64,000 bases of DNA from Octopus sinensis (GCF_006345805.1 NC_043026.1:12999579-13063578); one strand, 5' to 3'. Positions 33,605 through 45,535 are shown, counted from the stretch's first letter. Numbers and translations are program-made. The notes: generated by a model from the sequence alone, not told the origin.

Positions 33605-34845
33605 AATAATAATGAAATTATTGTATACAGTGCTCAGGTGCACCACAACTTGTCAGAAAGTGCGTATAAAGCATATGCAGTAATGTACAAATGTCTGGAA
33701 AGCGAACAGTGTATGAGTCAGAGACATGCTTGTGTGTGTATGGAGGGGAGAAAATCAGGTGTAGTGTTGGCGAATCTCAGGAAGTTTTGAAGGATGCAGT
33801 GCTCTGACAACTAACAAGTGATGCCGGCAGTTTGTTCCATGCTTCAGCAACTCTTAGCATGAAAAAATGTTTCCTGAAGTCATGGGAGCTGTGCTGTTTG
33901 CTGACTTTGTAAATATGACCATGGGTGTTAGACAGGTGGAGTTTGAAAAGGTGCTCAGAGTTATTGTTTATAAGATGGTTGATAATTTTATGGGTGTCTG
34001 CCAAGTCAGCTGCCAGACGTCGGAGTTTCAATGTGTCCATGCCCAGGGAAGTAAAGCGTTCATAATATGGCAAATGCCTGATGGAGGGTATTCTCTTGGT
34101 TGTCAGATACATGCTTGCGTGTGTATGGAGGGAAGAAAATCAGGTGTAGTGTTGGCGAATCTCAGGAAGCATGGAAGTTTTGAAGGATGCAGTGCTCTGA
34201 CAACTAACAACTGATGCCGGCAGTTTGTTCCTTGCTTCAGCAACTCTCAGCTTGAAAAATGTTTCCTGAAGTCATGGGAGCTGTGCTGTTTTTTACTTTG
34301 TAAATATGTCCACGGGTGTTAGATGGGTGGAGTTTGAAAAGGTGCTCAGAGTTATTGTTTGTACGATGGTTAATAATTTTATGGGTGTCTGCCAAGTCAG
34401 CTGCCAGACGCCAGAGTTTCAATGTGTCCATGCCCAGGGAAGTAAAGCGTTCATAATATGGCAAATGCCTGATGGAGGGTATTCTCTTGGTTGTCAGATA
34501 CATGCTTGCGTGTGTATGGAGGGAAGAAAATCAGGTGTAGTGTTGGCGAATCTCAGGAAGCATGGAAGTTTTGAAGGATGCAGTGCTCTGACAACTAACA
34601 ACTGATGCCGGCAGTTTGTTCCTTGCTTCAGCAACTCTCAGCTTGAAAAAATGTTTCCTGAAGTCATGGGAGCTGTGCTGTTTTCTTACTTTGTAAATAT
34701 GTCCACGGGTGTTAGATGGGTGGAGTTTGAAAAGGTGCTCAGAGTTATTGTTTGTACGATGGTTAATAATTTTATGGGTGTCTGCCAAGTCAGCTGCCAG
34801 ACGCCAGAGTTTCAATGTGTCCATGCCCAGGGAAGTAAAGCGTTC
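33605..34845 (-). mobile_element. CR1/L2-clade LINE 3' end, triplicated in tandem (~385-391-bp unit)
   Basis: atggaggg..gaaaatcagg at 33740, 34125 and 34516; ORFs with MDTLKL...TRGHIYKV...RVAEA motifs. Confidence 0.9.
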
Positions 34846-35065
34846 AGGATATTTCTTCATCTTTATAGTAGACTGAGTTTGATGGACTGATTTCTTTGAA
34901 AACAGTGATAAGAAGACACATCAAAGTGATGAACTCCACCAAATAACTGACCCAATCCAGTGACCTGCTGTCTTATGCTCCCAACACTTAACTTTAGATA
35001 TTTCCTCCTAATATGGATGTTACACATAATTAAACAAAAGAGAAATAATTTGAAATTACAGATTC

Positions 35066-35821
35066 AGGCGCAGGAGTGGCTGTGTGGTAAGTAGCTTGCT
35101 TACCAACCACATGGTCCCGGGTTCAGTCCCACTGCGTGGCACCTCAGGCAAGTGTCTTCTGCTATAGCCCCGGGCCAACCAATGCCCTGTGAGTGGATTT
35201 GGTAGACGGAAACTGAAAGAAGCCCGTCGTATATATATATAGGTGCAGGAGTGGCTGTGTGGTAAGTAGCTTGCTTACCAACTACATGGTCCTGGGTTCA
35301 GTCCCACTGCGTGGCATCTTGGGCAAGTGTCTTCTACTATAGCTCTGGGCCGACCAACGCCTTGTGAGTGGATTTGGTAGACGGAAACTGAAAGAAGCCC
35401 GTCGTATATATGTATATATATATATATGTAGTAGCTGTGTGGTAAGTAGCTTGCTAACCAACCACATGGTTCTGGGTTCAGTCCCACTGCGTGGCATCTT
35501 GGGCAAGTGTCTTCTGCTATAGCCCTGGGCCGACCAAAGCCTTGTGAGTGGATTTGGTAGACGGAAAATGAAAGAAGCCTGTTGTATATATGTATATATA
35601 TATGTGTGTGTGTGTGTGTCTGTGTTTGTCCCCCCTAGCATTGCTTGACAACCGATGCTGGTATGCTTATGTCCCCGTTACTTAGCGGTTCGGCAAAAAG
35701 GACTGATAGAATAAGTACTGGGCTTACAAAAGAATAAGTCCCGGGGTCAATTTGCTCGACTAAAGGTGGTGCTCCAGCATGGCCGCAGTCAAATGACTGA
35801 AACAAGTAAAAGAGTAAAGAG
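35066..35821 (+). mobile_element. Family-1 SINE multimer (three heads, one tail)
   Basis: Heads at 35066, 35240 and ~35432. Confidence 0.85.
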
Positions 35822-36610
35822 ATTCAAATGTGTCTCCTCGTGTCTTACAAGAGATATTTTTCTTCTGGAACTTCTGCAATGAATATAAATAATAACATTT
35901 GTCACAAATATTTGGAGCTTTTGAACAGAACAAGTCAAATATATTGTAAATGCCCAGCTTTTACATCAACTGAACCTGCTGTCCGTTGACAACCTTTTCC
36001 GCCTCCACCCATTGCCATGCCATTTTTGTGGTGGTCACCTCCCATGACATGCTTCTCTCAATGAGACCATTGAGAAACTCGGATCTGTATGTGTTACGTA
36101 AGACTAGAGATGGGAGTGACTTTGTGCCGTTGGCCAGCTGGTGACGTCTTCTCGAGGCTAAAAACAAAAGTAGCACCGTAGGATCGACCCCAGTGCGTAA
36201 CTGGTACTTATTTAATCGACCCCGAAAGGATGAAAGGCAAAGTTGCCAGTCTGAAGTATTGTTGTTATTCAAATGAATTTTCCCCCAGAAACACATCTAA
36301 TTGTCTATTTTGGGGATTTTAGCCAAAAATTCGTGCTGTCCCCTATTTGAAAATGTGATTAAACATTTTTTTTTAATTCGAAAAACACACAATGAATTTT
36401 GTTTTCATACCTTTATTTTCAAATATATAACATACAAACATGTACATCTTTTAGAACATTGTCATTTTAGTAGATTTTGCTGGCAAATTTCTTAACAAAC
36501 ATTTATTTACATGGAAGAAAATTCCCGGAGAATTTTCATCCAATTCTTCCAAGTCTTTCCATAAGAGGAAAAACCAAGGCTGTGCAGATATTAGAGCATT
36601 TATAGATAGA

Positions 36611-36976
36611 CTAGCAGTATTGCCCGGCGTTGCTCGGGTTTGTAAGGGAAATAACTATAAAGCATTTTTAGAGAGTTATAGCCAAAAAATAGCAAAAAAA
36701 ATGATGGTAATTTTTTTTTTGATAGTTAAAAAGGTCGAGTTGCGTCCCCTAGACCATCTGTGGTTTGTGTTTCTGATTCTCAACCCCATGTCGAATTTAT
36801 CGATCTATTTCAGAACTGGGGGAACTTTTCGCTGCGTTAGTTTTGAATTATGACATTGGGCTATGTGTGTGTCAAGTTTCATCAGAATCGGTTGAAAGCC
36901 GTGGTCAGGGTGAGGGTACAACCTGACAGACACACAGAAACACACACAGACAAACTGCCGTTTATATATAGAGAGA
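36611..36976 (-). mobile_element. Non-autonomous Helitron
   Basis: On the minus strand: 5'-TC start, subterminal cccgagcaacgccggg hairpin, 3'-CTAG end, inserted between A and T with no TSD. Confidence 0.75.
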
Positions 36977-37410
36977 TGATGATGATGTGGAATGGTTTTT
37001 GGGTTTTTTTTCGCCAAATAAACATATGTGACAATTAAGTGTGTTTATGGGGGAAAATTCATTTGTGAGTAAGAGCACACAAGAAGATGGATAGTGTTGC
37101 TGATGAGGTCACAGATGGGTGATGAAAGATTTAAGGTCAATGGACAGGAATTACAATAAGAACAGTAATAAATGAGTGATGATCAAATATATATATTGTA
37201 CATATGTTTATTTGGCGAAAAAAACCCCAAAAAAACCATTCCACATCATCATCATCATTTCACGTCTGTTTTCCATGCTGGCATGGGTGGCTTGGACGGT
37301 CTGACTGAGGACTGGTATATATGCAATATTCCAATATCCTTTGAGTAAAATCCAAAAGTCTGACAGAGTTTAAAATGAGTCCTTCCAAATATAGAGTTTA
37401 TAAGCATACT

Positions 37411-37462
37411 GTCTCCGATGAAGGGATATTATTAATTAATATCCTTGAAACAGCTGTAAGAC
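37411..37462 (+). ncRNA. Minimal type I hammerhead ribozyme (Penelope-like), core variant CCGAUGA
   Basis: Stem I gtct/agac; CCGATGA 37415-21; stem II agggatatt/aatatcctt; GAAA 37447-50; palindromic stem III ACAGCTGT; GUA cleavage triplet 37456-58. Confidence 0.7.
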
Positions 37463-37612
37463 CTTCTATCTATAAATGCTCTAATATCTATACAGCCTTG
37501 GTTTTTTTATCCTATTATGCAAAATATTCTTATATATATATATATATATATATATAATAGAAATATTAAAATTACTAAGTCTCTCTAAAGGAGATTACAG
37601 CAGCGTTACTGG

Positions 37613-37863
37613 AAATTAATAGTTATCGCCATACTTATATGGCAGTCTTATAAATATAAGACTAAAGCTATCGCTGATTAGCTCCAAGAGGCCACCGTCT
37701 CAAGCTAGCTATTTGACACACAATCTGTTCGAAGGTTTATAATGGACGCAGATTGTGTGTCAAATAGCTAGCTTGAGGCGATGGCCTCTTGGAGCTAATC
37801 AGCGACAGCTTTAGTCTTATATTTATAAGACTGCCATATTAGTATGGCGATAACTATTAATTT
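37613..37863. repeat. Long inverted repeat: 115-bp arms, 21-nt loop, 4 mismatches
   Basis: Arms at 37613-37727 and 37749-37863. Confidence 0.95.
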
Positions 37864-38044
37864 ATATATATATATATATATACATCTATATATATTTATA
37901 TTAAATTAGAGATAAAACCACTATTAGGCAAATCAAACTGAAAATCATAAACCAATACATAGAAATAAAATTTTATCTCTAATTTAATATATATATTTAT
38001 ACTGTGAAATTAGATTTAATCCTAATATTATATATATATATATA

Positions 38045-38350
38045 AAGAGTAAAGATCCCCTTCGGTCATGAATGACCATGGGATTGAACCTAGAGAATTT
38101 CTTTCTGAGTCATAAGTCCTGGCAAGGTTGTTTGTAGAAGACCAGCAGTCACCCATGCATACCAGCCTCCACTTCCCATGCCATTGATGTTATCCAAGAG
38201 AAAAGCAAAGGGGCCGATACAGCAGGGCACCAGTGACGTCGTACCTCAATTCTACAGGTGAGTGAACTGGAGCAACGTGAAATAAAGTGTCTTGCTCAAG
38301 AACACAACACGCAGCCCGGTCTAGGAATTGAACTCACTACCTCACATCTG
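38045..38350 (-). mobile_element. CORE-type SINE (distinct family)
   Basis: Minus strand shows a gagttcaattcc B-box followed by gtgttgtgttcttgagcaagacactttatttcacgttgctccag (CORE-like). Confidence 0.6.
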
Positions 38351-38583
38351 CCTCAACAAACTATCAAAACCATGCAAGAGTGGAAAGATGGACATAAAAA
38401 TGCCGGCGAAGGTCTGGAACCAGTATTTCTCTCATCGTCATTCACGAAATGGTGACTGTCTAAAACTTAGCAGCAAACGCATCTTTCTCCCCTTGGCATT
38501 TGTGCATCACAAGACCAGAAGATGGAGAACGATTTCTGAAATATTTCATCATCATAATACATTCTACAAAGAAAAGAAACTTA

Positions 38584-39972
38584 TCACGTTTCACAGTCGA
38601 AAGGTTTCCTTCGAGAGTGAATCCTTTGATGATTCTTTAATTTATTAGAAGACACAAAACATTTCCCACATACTTCACAGTGGAATGGTCTTTCTCCTGT
38701 ATGGTAGCGTCCGTGTTCAACTAAACGACATTTCTGAGTGAACGATTGTCCACAGATTTCGCACTGAAAACGTTTTTCCCCCGTGTGATAACGTTCGTGC
38801 TCAATTAGATGAGAATTCCAGTTAAAAGATTTTCCACAGATTTCACAGTGGAATGGTGCTTCTTCTCCTGTATGTAATCTTTTGTGAATCTTCAAATCAC
38901 TAAGAGAGGCAAAATATTTCCCACAGATTTCACAATGGAAAGGTTTTTCCCCGGTGTGTGCCCTTCGGTGTTGTATTAGGGCGCTACCAGAACCATAAGG
39001 TTTCCCGCATATTTCGCAACGGAATGGTTTTTCTCCCGTGTGTATTCGTATGTGTATTGCTAGATTGGTGCTCGAACTAAAAGATTTCCCACATATCTCA
39101 CACTTGAATGGTTGCTTGCCACTGTGAACTCTTCCATGCAAAATTAATGTCTTTTTACATGCATAACATTTCTCACATATTTCACACTTGAACGGTTTTT
39201 CTCCAGTATGGCTACGTTTGTGAACTACAACGTGAGATTTCTGAGGGAAAGACTTTCCACATATTTCACAATGGAAAGGTTTCTCCATGGCGTGCAGCCT
39301 GTTGTGTTTCTTTAAATCCGGTTCAAACGCAAAAGCTCTGCCACATATTTCACACTGGTAAGGTTTTTCAGAAGCGTGTATTCTTTCATGCGCTGTTAAG
39401 TTGCCACGAGAAATAAAAGACTTCTTACATATTTCACAATGGAATGGTTTTTCTCCAGTGTGACAACGTTTATGGTAAAGAAAATGAGAATTCTGAGTGA
39501 AAGACTTCTTACATATTTCACAATGGAACGGTCTTTCTCCAGTGTGACTTCGTTTGTGAACCAAAAGGTGAGAATTCTGAGTGAAAAATTTCCCACATGT
39601 CTCACAACGGTAAGGCTTTTCTCCACTGTGACTACGTCTGTGGTTCTGAAGGTGAGAATTCTGACTGAAAGTTTTCTCACATATTTCACATTTGAATGGT
39701 TTTTCGCCAGTGTGGCTACGCTTGTGAACTACGAGATGTGATTTACTAAGAAATGATTTTCCACACGTCTCACAATGAACCGGTCTCTTTTTACTGTGTA
39801 TTTCTTTGTGTGTGACGACTTCATCTTCTGAAGAGAATGTCTTCCGACAAATCTCGCAGCGATATTCAGGAACGCTTCCATTTTCACCTTTTTCATCTCC
39901 GTCTGTCTCTCTAACTGTATCTGTATTGTTAACAGGTGTGTTACACGTGTCCAAGTGATCAACGTTCTCCAT
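38584..39972 (-). CDS. C2H2 zinc-finger protein, 462 aa from the family-conserved ATG: 37-aa leader + 15 fingers
   Basis: Intact ORF; start assigned to MENVDHLDT by homology with paralogs (the ORF track extends to 40035). Confidence 0.92.
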   Translation of the reverse strand: MENVDHLDTCNTPVNNTDTVRETDGDEKGENGSVPEYRCEICRKTFSSEDEVVTHKEIHSKKRPVHCETCGKSFLSKSHLVVHKRSHTGEKPFKCEICEKTFSQNSHLQNHRRSHSGEKPYRCETCGKFFTQNSHLLVHKRSHTGERPFHCEICKKSFTQNSHFLYHKRCHTGEKPFHCEICKKSFISRGNLTAHERIHASEKPYQCEICGRAFAFEPDLKKHNRLHAMEKPFHCEICGKSFPQKSHVVVHKRSHTGEKPFKCEICEKCYACKKTLILHGRVHSGKQPFKCEICGKSFSSSTNLAIHIRIHTGEKPFRCEICGKPYGSGSALIQHRRAHTGEKPFHCEICGKYFASLSDLKIHKRLHTGEEAPFHCEICGKSFNWNSHLIEHERYHTGEKRFQCEICGQSFTQKCRLVEHGRYHTGERPFHCEVCGKCFVSSNKLKNHQRIHSRRKPFDCET

Positions 39973-40542
39973 ATTATTTCTTGAGCAATTCTTAAAAAGC
40001 AACAAACGTCTGTGAGTTAATCTATTGTGGTTCAATTTCTTGTCTCAGACATCACAGATCTTTGTTTACAAGTGTGGAACAGATGCAATGTAGATGTATT
40101 TCCTACTCACCAGTAGAATGTTTGATATAAAGTCCAAATGAAGAGTGGAGAAGGTCGAAGAAAGTTCGCTGATTGATTTGTTGTTGATTAAAAGCCATTT
40201 CCCCCGTCCTGTAAAATAGGGAACAACCAATTAACGATATAAATGAAATTTTTAATCACGAAGGAGATGATACATCGACCCCTAAACTTATTTGTCCCCT
40301 TGACTTATCCACAAATAGTTACGTTTACCTTAACACGAGGTAACATATTAAGGTTTAGCCAAATTATTCAGAAGGTAAACATCATGGACCGCACCCCGCT
40401 TTGAGATTTTTTTGTTTCACCGGAACACGCTATATTGAGGGCTGAGATTCAGAATCTGTAAAAAAGAATCTGCATTTCAAAATTTAAATTCCGAACCGAC
40501 CATTTCTTAAATTTTCACTTGAAAAAATTCTTTTTCGTGAAA

Positions 40543-40748
40543 TCATCATCATCATCATCATCATCATCGTTTAACGTCCGTTTTCCGTGCTAGCACGGAT
40601 TGGACGGTTCGACCGGGGTCTGGGAAGCCAGAAGGCTGCCCCAGGCTCCAGTCTGATCTGGCAGTGTTTCTACAGCTGGATGCCCTTCCTAACGCCAACC
40701 ACTCCGCGAGTGTAGTGGGTGCTTTTTACGTGCCACCTGCACAGGTAT
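40543..40748 (-). mobile_element. (GAT)n-tailed RTE-related element
   Basis: (cat)n cgtttaacgtccg...tttttacgtgccacc. Confidence 0.8.
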
Positions 40749-41841
40749 AGAAAAATACAGAGATTATGATTCTGAGAAAAGTGGGGTGCAATCATGATGT
40801 AGTTATATTTAGTGAGTGGGGACTACTCGAAAACAGTGGTCCCGGTGCGCGCACTCGCTAGCTAGTCATGACTAGTCAATCATTTGTTTTTGTTTTATTT
40901 ACTGTTTAAAAAAATTATTTACTTTACTCTTACTCTTTTACTTGTTTCAGTCATTTGACTGCGGCCATGCTGGAGCACCGCCTTTAATCGAGCAACTCGA
41001 CCCCGGGACTTATTCTTTTTGTAAGCCCAGTACTTATTCTATCGGTATCTTTTGCCGAACCGCTAAGTTACGGGGACATAAACACACCAGCATCGGTTGT
41101 CAAGCAATGCTAGGGGGACAAACACACACATACATATATATATATATATACAAACACACATACATATATACGACGGGCTTCTTTTCAGTTTCTGTCTACC
41201 AAATCCACTCACAAGGCTTTGGTCGGCCCGAGGCTATAGTAGAAGATACTTGCCCAAGGTGCCACGCAGTGGGACTGAACCCGTAACCATGTGGTTGGTA
41301 AACAAGCTACTTACCACACAGCCACTACTTTGCTTAAAAAAATTATTTACTTTGTGTAAAAAAATGTTTATTTTGTGTTTCATTTACTTTGCTGTGTCGT
41401 CGTTATAGGATCGACTAGTCACGACTAGCTAGTGCGGATGCACGCACCGGGACCACTCTTCTTAGATAGTACCCGAAATCACAATCTTACGATCATGATG
41501 TAGTTATATATGGTGAGTGTTTATTCTTCATTTAGGCGCAGTCCACATCTAATGAACACCACCCTGTACAAAACTCCATGTCCCCCTACATGGCCTTGCT
41601 TTTTGCTTTTTGAACCAAAAAAGTCACCGTTCCCAACTAAACAATAAAAAGTTACGCCGACAGGAGAGTCGTGGCGAGAAGTACAGAGGCTGCAGTGATG
41701 CTATGACATTCTGGTACTACCAGCGAACAGTGGGCCCGGTGCGCGCACTCGCGCTAGCTAGACGTAAGGTCGATCCTACAACGACTTGCGCGTATGTTTG
41801 TATTTCAAGGCTGAATCCATATCAAAGAAAATTAAATAATA

Positions 41842-42355
41842 CTAGCAGTATCGCCCGGCGTTGCTCGGGTTTGTAAGGGAAATAACTATATAAGCATTTT
41901 TAGGGAGTTACTTCCCTTATAGATGCCAATTCGGGCTTTCTTAGCCATTTCTGTTTGGGTGTCTTCAAGCCATGAAGTCGTTGTTCTAAAAGAACGCTGG
42001 TCTCCTTGACAACGCTTTACGACGTTGATTTCCTTACACTCCCTTCCCCACAGCTTCACGAGGGAGGGAAGAAGGGGGAGAAGCAACACAGGTGCAGGTG
42101 TGAGCGTGGACGCCAACTCCGCCGCCATCGACACACGAAAAATTATGCATTAAAATGGAATAAAAAATGATGTTAAATTATTTTTAAAATCGTAGACTCA
42201 TCGTAGACGCGCGCTAATAGCCAGACGGGCTCGATATGAATCACGACTATAAGATACCCGAATTTGGTTAAACTGCACCGCAAAATGTGGGAGTAGTTAG
42301 GAATCTAAATCGAAGGGGACAGACACTCACACAACTACAGTTTTATATATAAAGA
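41842..42355 (-). mobile_element. Non-autonomous Helitron nested in a MITE
   Basis: TC...hairpin...CTAG on the minus strand, A|T insertion; the sibling MITE at ~42700 provides an approximate empty site. Confidence 0.8.
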
Positions 42356-42658
42356 TTTTTCCAACAAAGTAAATAAAACGCAAAGTAAATAATTTTTTAA
42401 AACAAACTGAGGTTAGGGTTAAAAAGTCGTAGGATCGACTACTTACGACTGGCTAGCGAGTGCGCGCACCGGGACCACTGTTCGCTAGTAGTATCAAGAA
42501 TGTGTACAGCAACCGTTTTCGGGCTAACAAAAACCCGGTACTAGTCGCGTAGACTGGACCCGGTGCGCGCAGACGCGCATCCGCGCTAGCCAGTCGATCC
42601 TACAACGACTTGCGCGTGTGTTTGTATTTCAAGGCTGAATCCATATCAAAGAAAATTA

Positions 42659-42699
42659 GGCGATCTTTCGTCTCTAGTAGACCGAGACGAAAGATTGCC
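42659..42699. mobile_element. 41-bp minimal TIR element with an 8-bp TSD (Merlin/MULE-like)
   Basis: TIR ggc(g/a)atctttcgtctc (16 bp); gaaaatta duplicated at 42651-58 and 42700-07. Confidence 0.8.
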
Positions 42700-43194
42700 G
42701 AAAATTAAATATTTTTCGAACCAAGTAAATCATTTTTTAAACTAAGGAAATAAATTAAGGTTAGAGTTAAAAAGTCGTTGTAGGATCGACTACTTACGAC
42801 TAGCTAGCGCGGATGCGCGAGTGCGCGCACCGGGACCACTGTTCGCTAGTAGTACCAGACATTCTATTATTATGTGTGTGAAAACATTGTCAGATGGTTA
42901 CCTACTGTGAGTGAGGCATCGCTGAAATGAAGGAGACCCAGAAGTCCAAGCTGTGGGCAGTTAGAAGAGATGAGGAGGGGGCCAAAGGATGAAGAGGGAA
43001 CGGTCTTTTCCGTCGGGACTCTTTGGATGCCTTTCTCGACTGTTGTGTTTTGCGCATGCCTGCTGTGTCTCTTCCGGGTTATATGTTTAACCCTGAGACA
43101 ACGCAAGCAGGCGTGATGGGTACGCTACGATTGTTTGGAATTTCCAGAGAATATTTACGAATTTGGTGTTCTACGCACGGAAATTCATACAATT

Positions 43195-43649
43195 GTGGGC
43201 GATCTTTCGTCTCTAGTAGACCTTTCCGTCGATTTCCGTAAAAAAATATTTTTTTTTACATATGGGCTTGCGGGAACTTTTGAAGTAATATACATACATA
43301 TACACACACATACATACATATACACATACACCGAGTAAAAAATTTCAGTTATCTCTTTCTTTCACACATTACTCTCTCTGTCTCTTCACACACACTAACA
43401 GAAGCACTTCACTTACACAACATACTGTCTGTCTCCCACACCCCATCAAACACACACACACACACACATGTACATCAATGCTTCCCATGCACGGTAACTT
43501 CAAAAGAACTTCCCTCGTCATAAAATCGTTTTTTCTTAGTCTCTTTCGCTCTCATTACTTCAAAAGTTCCCGCAAGCCCATATGTAAAAAAAAAAAATTT
43601 TTTTACGGAAATCGACGGAAAGGTCTACTAGAGACGAAAGATTGCCCAC
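43195..43649. mobile_element. MITE with ~95-bp TIRs, same family as the 41-bp element
   Basis: gtgggcgatctttcgtctctagtagacc...gaagtaat and its reverse complement at ~43556-43649; no TSD visible. Confidence 0.75.
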
Positions 43650-43799
43650 TTTTTTTCAAATTTATTTTTTAAAAATAAAGTTTAAAATGCGAACAGTCCA
43701 TTATTTTTTTTGCCTAAATCCCAGCAATGGACTACCCTTGGGTGCGTCATGTTGTCATAGAATGTGTTTATGGAGAGAAAAATATTGAAAAACGTAAAT

Positions 43800-45035
43800 A
43801 GGAGGGGCTGTGTGGTAAGTAGCTTGCTAACCAACCACATGGTTCCGGGTTCAGTCCCACTGCGTGGCATCTTGGGCAAGTGTCTTCTGCTATAGCCCCG
43901 GGCCGACCAAAGCCTTGTGAGTGGATTTGGTAGACGGAAACTGAAAGAAGCCCGTCGTATATATGTATATATATATATATATGTATGTTTGTGTGTCTGT
44001 GTTTGTCTCACTAGCATTGCTTGACAACCGATGCTGGTGTGTTTACGTCCCCATTACTTAGCGGTTCGGCAAAACAGACCGATAGAATAGGTACTGGGCT
44101 TACAAAAAATAAGTCCCGGGGTCGATTTGCTCGACTAAAGGCGGTGCTCCAGCATGGCCGCAGTCAAATGACTGAAACAAGTAAAAGAGTGAAAAGAGTA
44201 TATGTGAGAGTGAGATAGAAACAAAGAAGGTATCAGGTGGTCGTGGGTTGTACTCTTTTACTTGCTTCAGTCGTTTGACTGCGGCCATGCTGGAGCACCG
44301 CCCTTTAGTCGAATAAATCAACCCCCAGGACTTATTCTTTGTAAGCCCAGTACTTATTCTATCAGTCTCTTTTGCCGAACCGCTATGTTACGGGGGCGTA
44401 AACACACCAGCATCTGTATTTGAACTGTCAGAGTTATTTTCGCGATTTATCCAGTACAACGCTTAAACACATAGATGATATTTTCCTAAACAATAGATCC
44501 AGCTATTTCGGTTAGGGACTTATTCATGAATATACCAATACTAGTACCACTAGTACTAATATTTTCTGGGAATGCACAAAAGCCCTTTTCAGAGTTATTT
44601 ATTTTGAATTGTTATTACCTCATACTTGATTAGCCCGTTATTAGATAACGAGCTTCAAGACTTTAGTATACATACCTTACTCTTTTACTTGTTTCAGTCA
44701 TTTGACTGCGGCCATGCTGGAGCACCGCCTTTAATTGAGCAAATCAACCCCGGGACTTATTCTATCGGTCTCTTTTGCCGAACCGCTAAGTGACAGGGAT
44801 GTAAACACACCAGCATCAGTTGTCAAGCAATGCTAGGGGGACAAACACACATATATATATATATACATATATACGGCAGGCTTCTTTCAGTTTCCGTCTA
44901 CCAAATCCACTCACAAGGCATTGGTCGGCCCGGGGCTATAGTAGAAGACACTCGCCCAAGATGCCACGCAGTGGGACTGAACCCGGTACCATGTGGTTGG
45001 TTAGCAAACTACTTACCACACAGCCACTTCTGCGC

Positions 45036-45076
<41 letters not shown>

Positions 45077-45535
45077 TAAAAAACGACAGGCTTCTTTCAG
45101 TTTCCGTCTAATTGTTTCATTATATAGGCGCAGGAGTGGCTGTGTGGTAAGTAGCTTGCTTACCAGCCACATGGTTCCAGGTTCAGTTCCACTGCGTGGC
45201 ACCTTGGGCAAGTGTCTTCTACTATAGCCTCAGGCCGACCAATGCCTTGTGAGTGGATTTGGTAGACGGAAACTGAAAGAAGCTCGTCGTGTATATGTAT
45301 GTGTATATATATATGCGTGTGTTTGTGTGTCCATGTTTGTCCCCCTAGCATTGCTTGACAACTGATGCTGGTGTGTTTACGTCCCTGTTACTTAGCGGTT
45401 CGACAAAAGAGACCGATAGAATAAGTACTGGGCTTACAAAGAATAAGTCATGGGGTCGATTTGCTCGACTAAAGTCGGTGCTCCAGCATGGCCGGAGTCA
45501 AATGACTGAAACAAGTAAAAGAGTAAAGAGTAAAG
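43800..45535. mobile_element. Cluster of family-1 SINEs in alternating orientation (43800-44200 +, 44250-44415 -, 44675-45040 -, 45125-45535 +)
   Basis: Family-1 head, CORE and tail motifs. Confidence 0.85.

Larger units (their letters stand above)
40822..42852. mobile_element. Three sibling GC-rich-TIR MITEs (40822-41470, 41717-42491, 42541-42852), each with a nested insertion
   Basis: TIR ctaYYagcgaacagtgg(t/g)cccggtgcgcgcactcgc, TA-flanked in copy 2. Inserts are a family-1 SINE (~40925-41327), a Helitron and a 41-bp element. Confidence 0.75.

Noticed and set aside
44430-44560. Penelope RT-like peptide KHIDDIFLNN
   Set aside because: A short motif only, with a stop nearby; cannot be supported.
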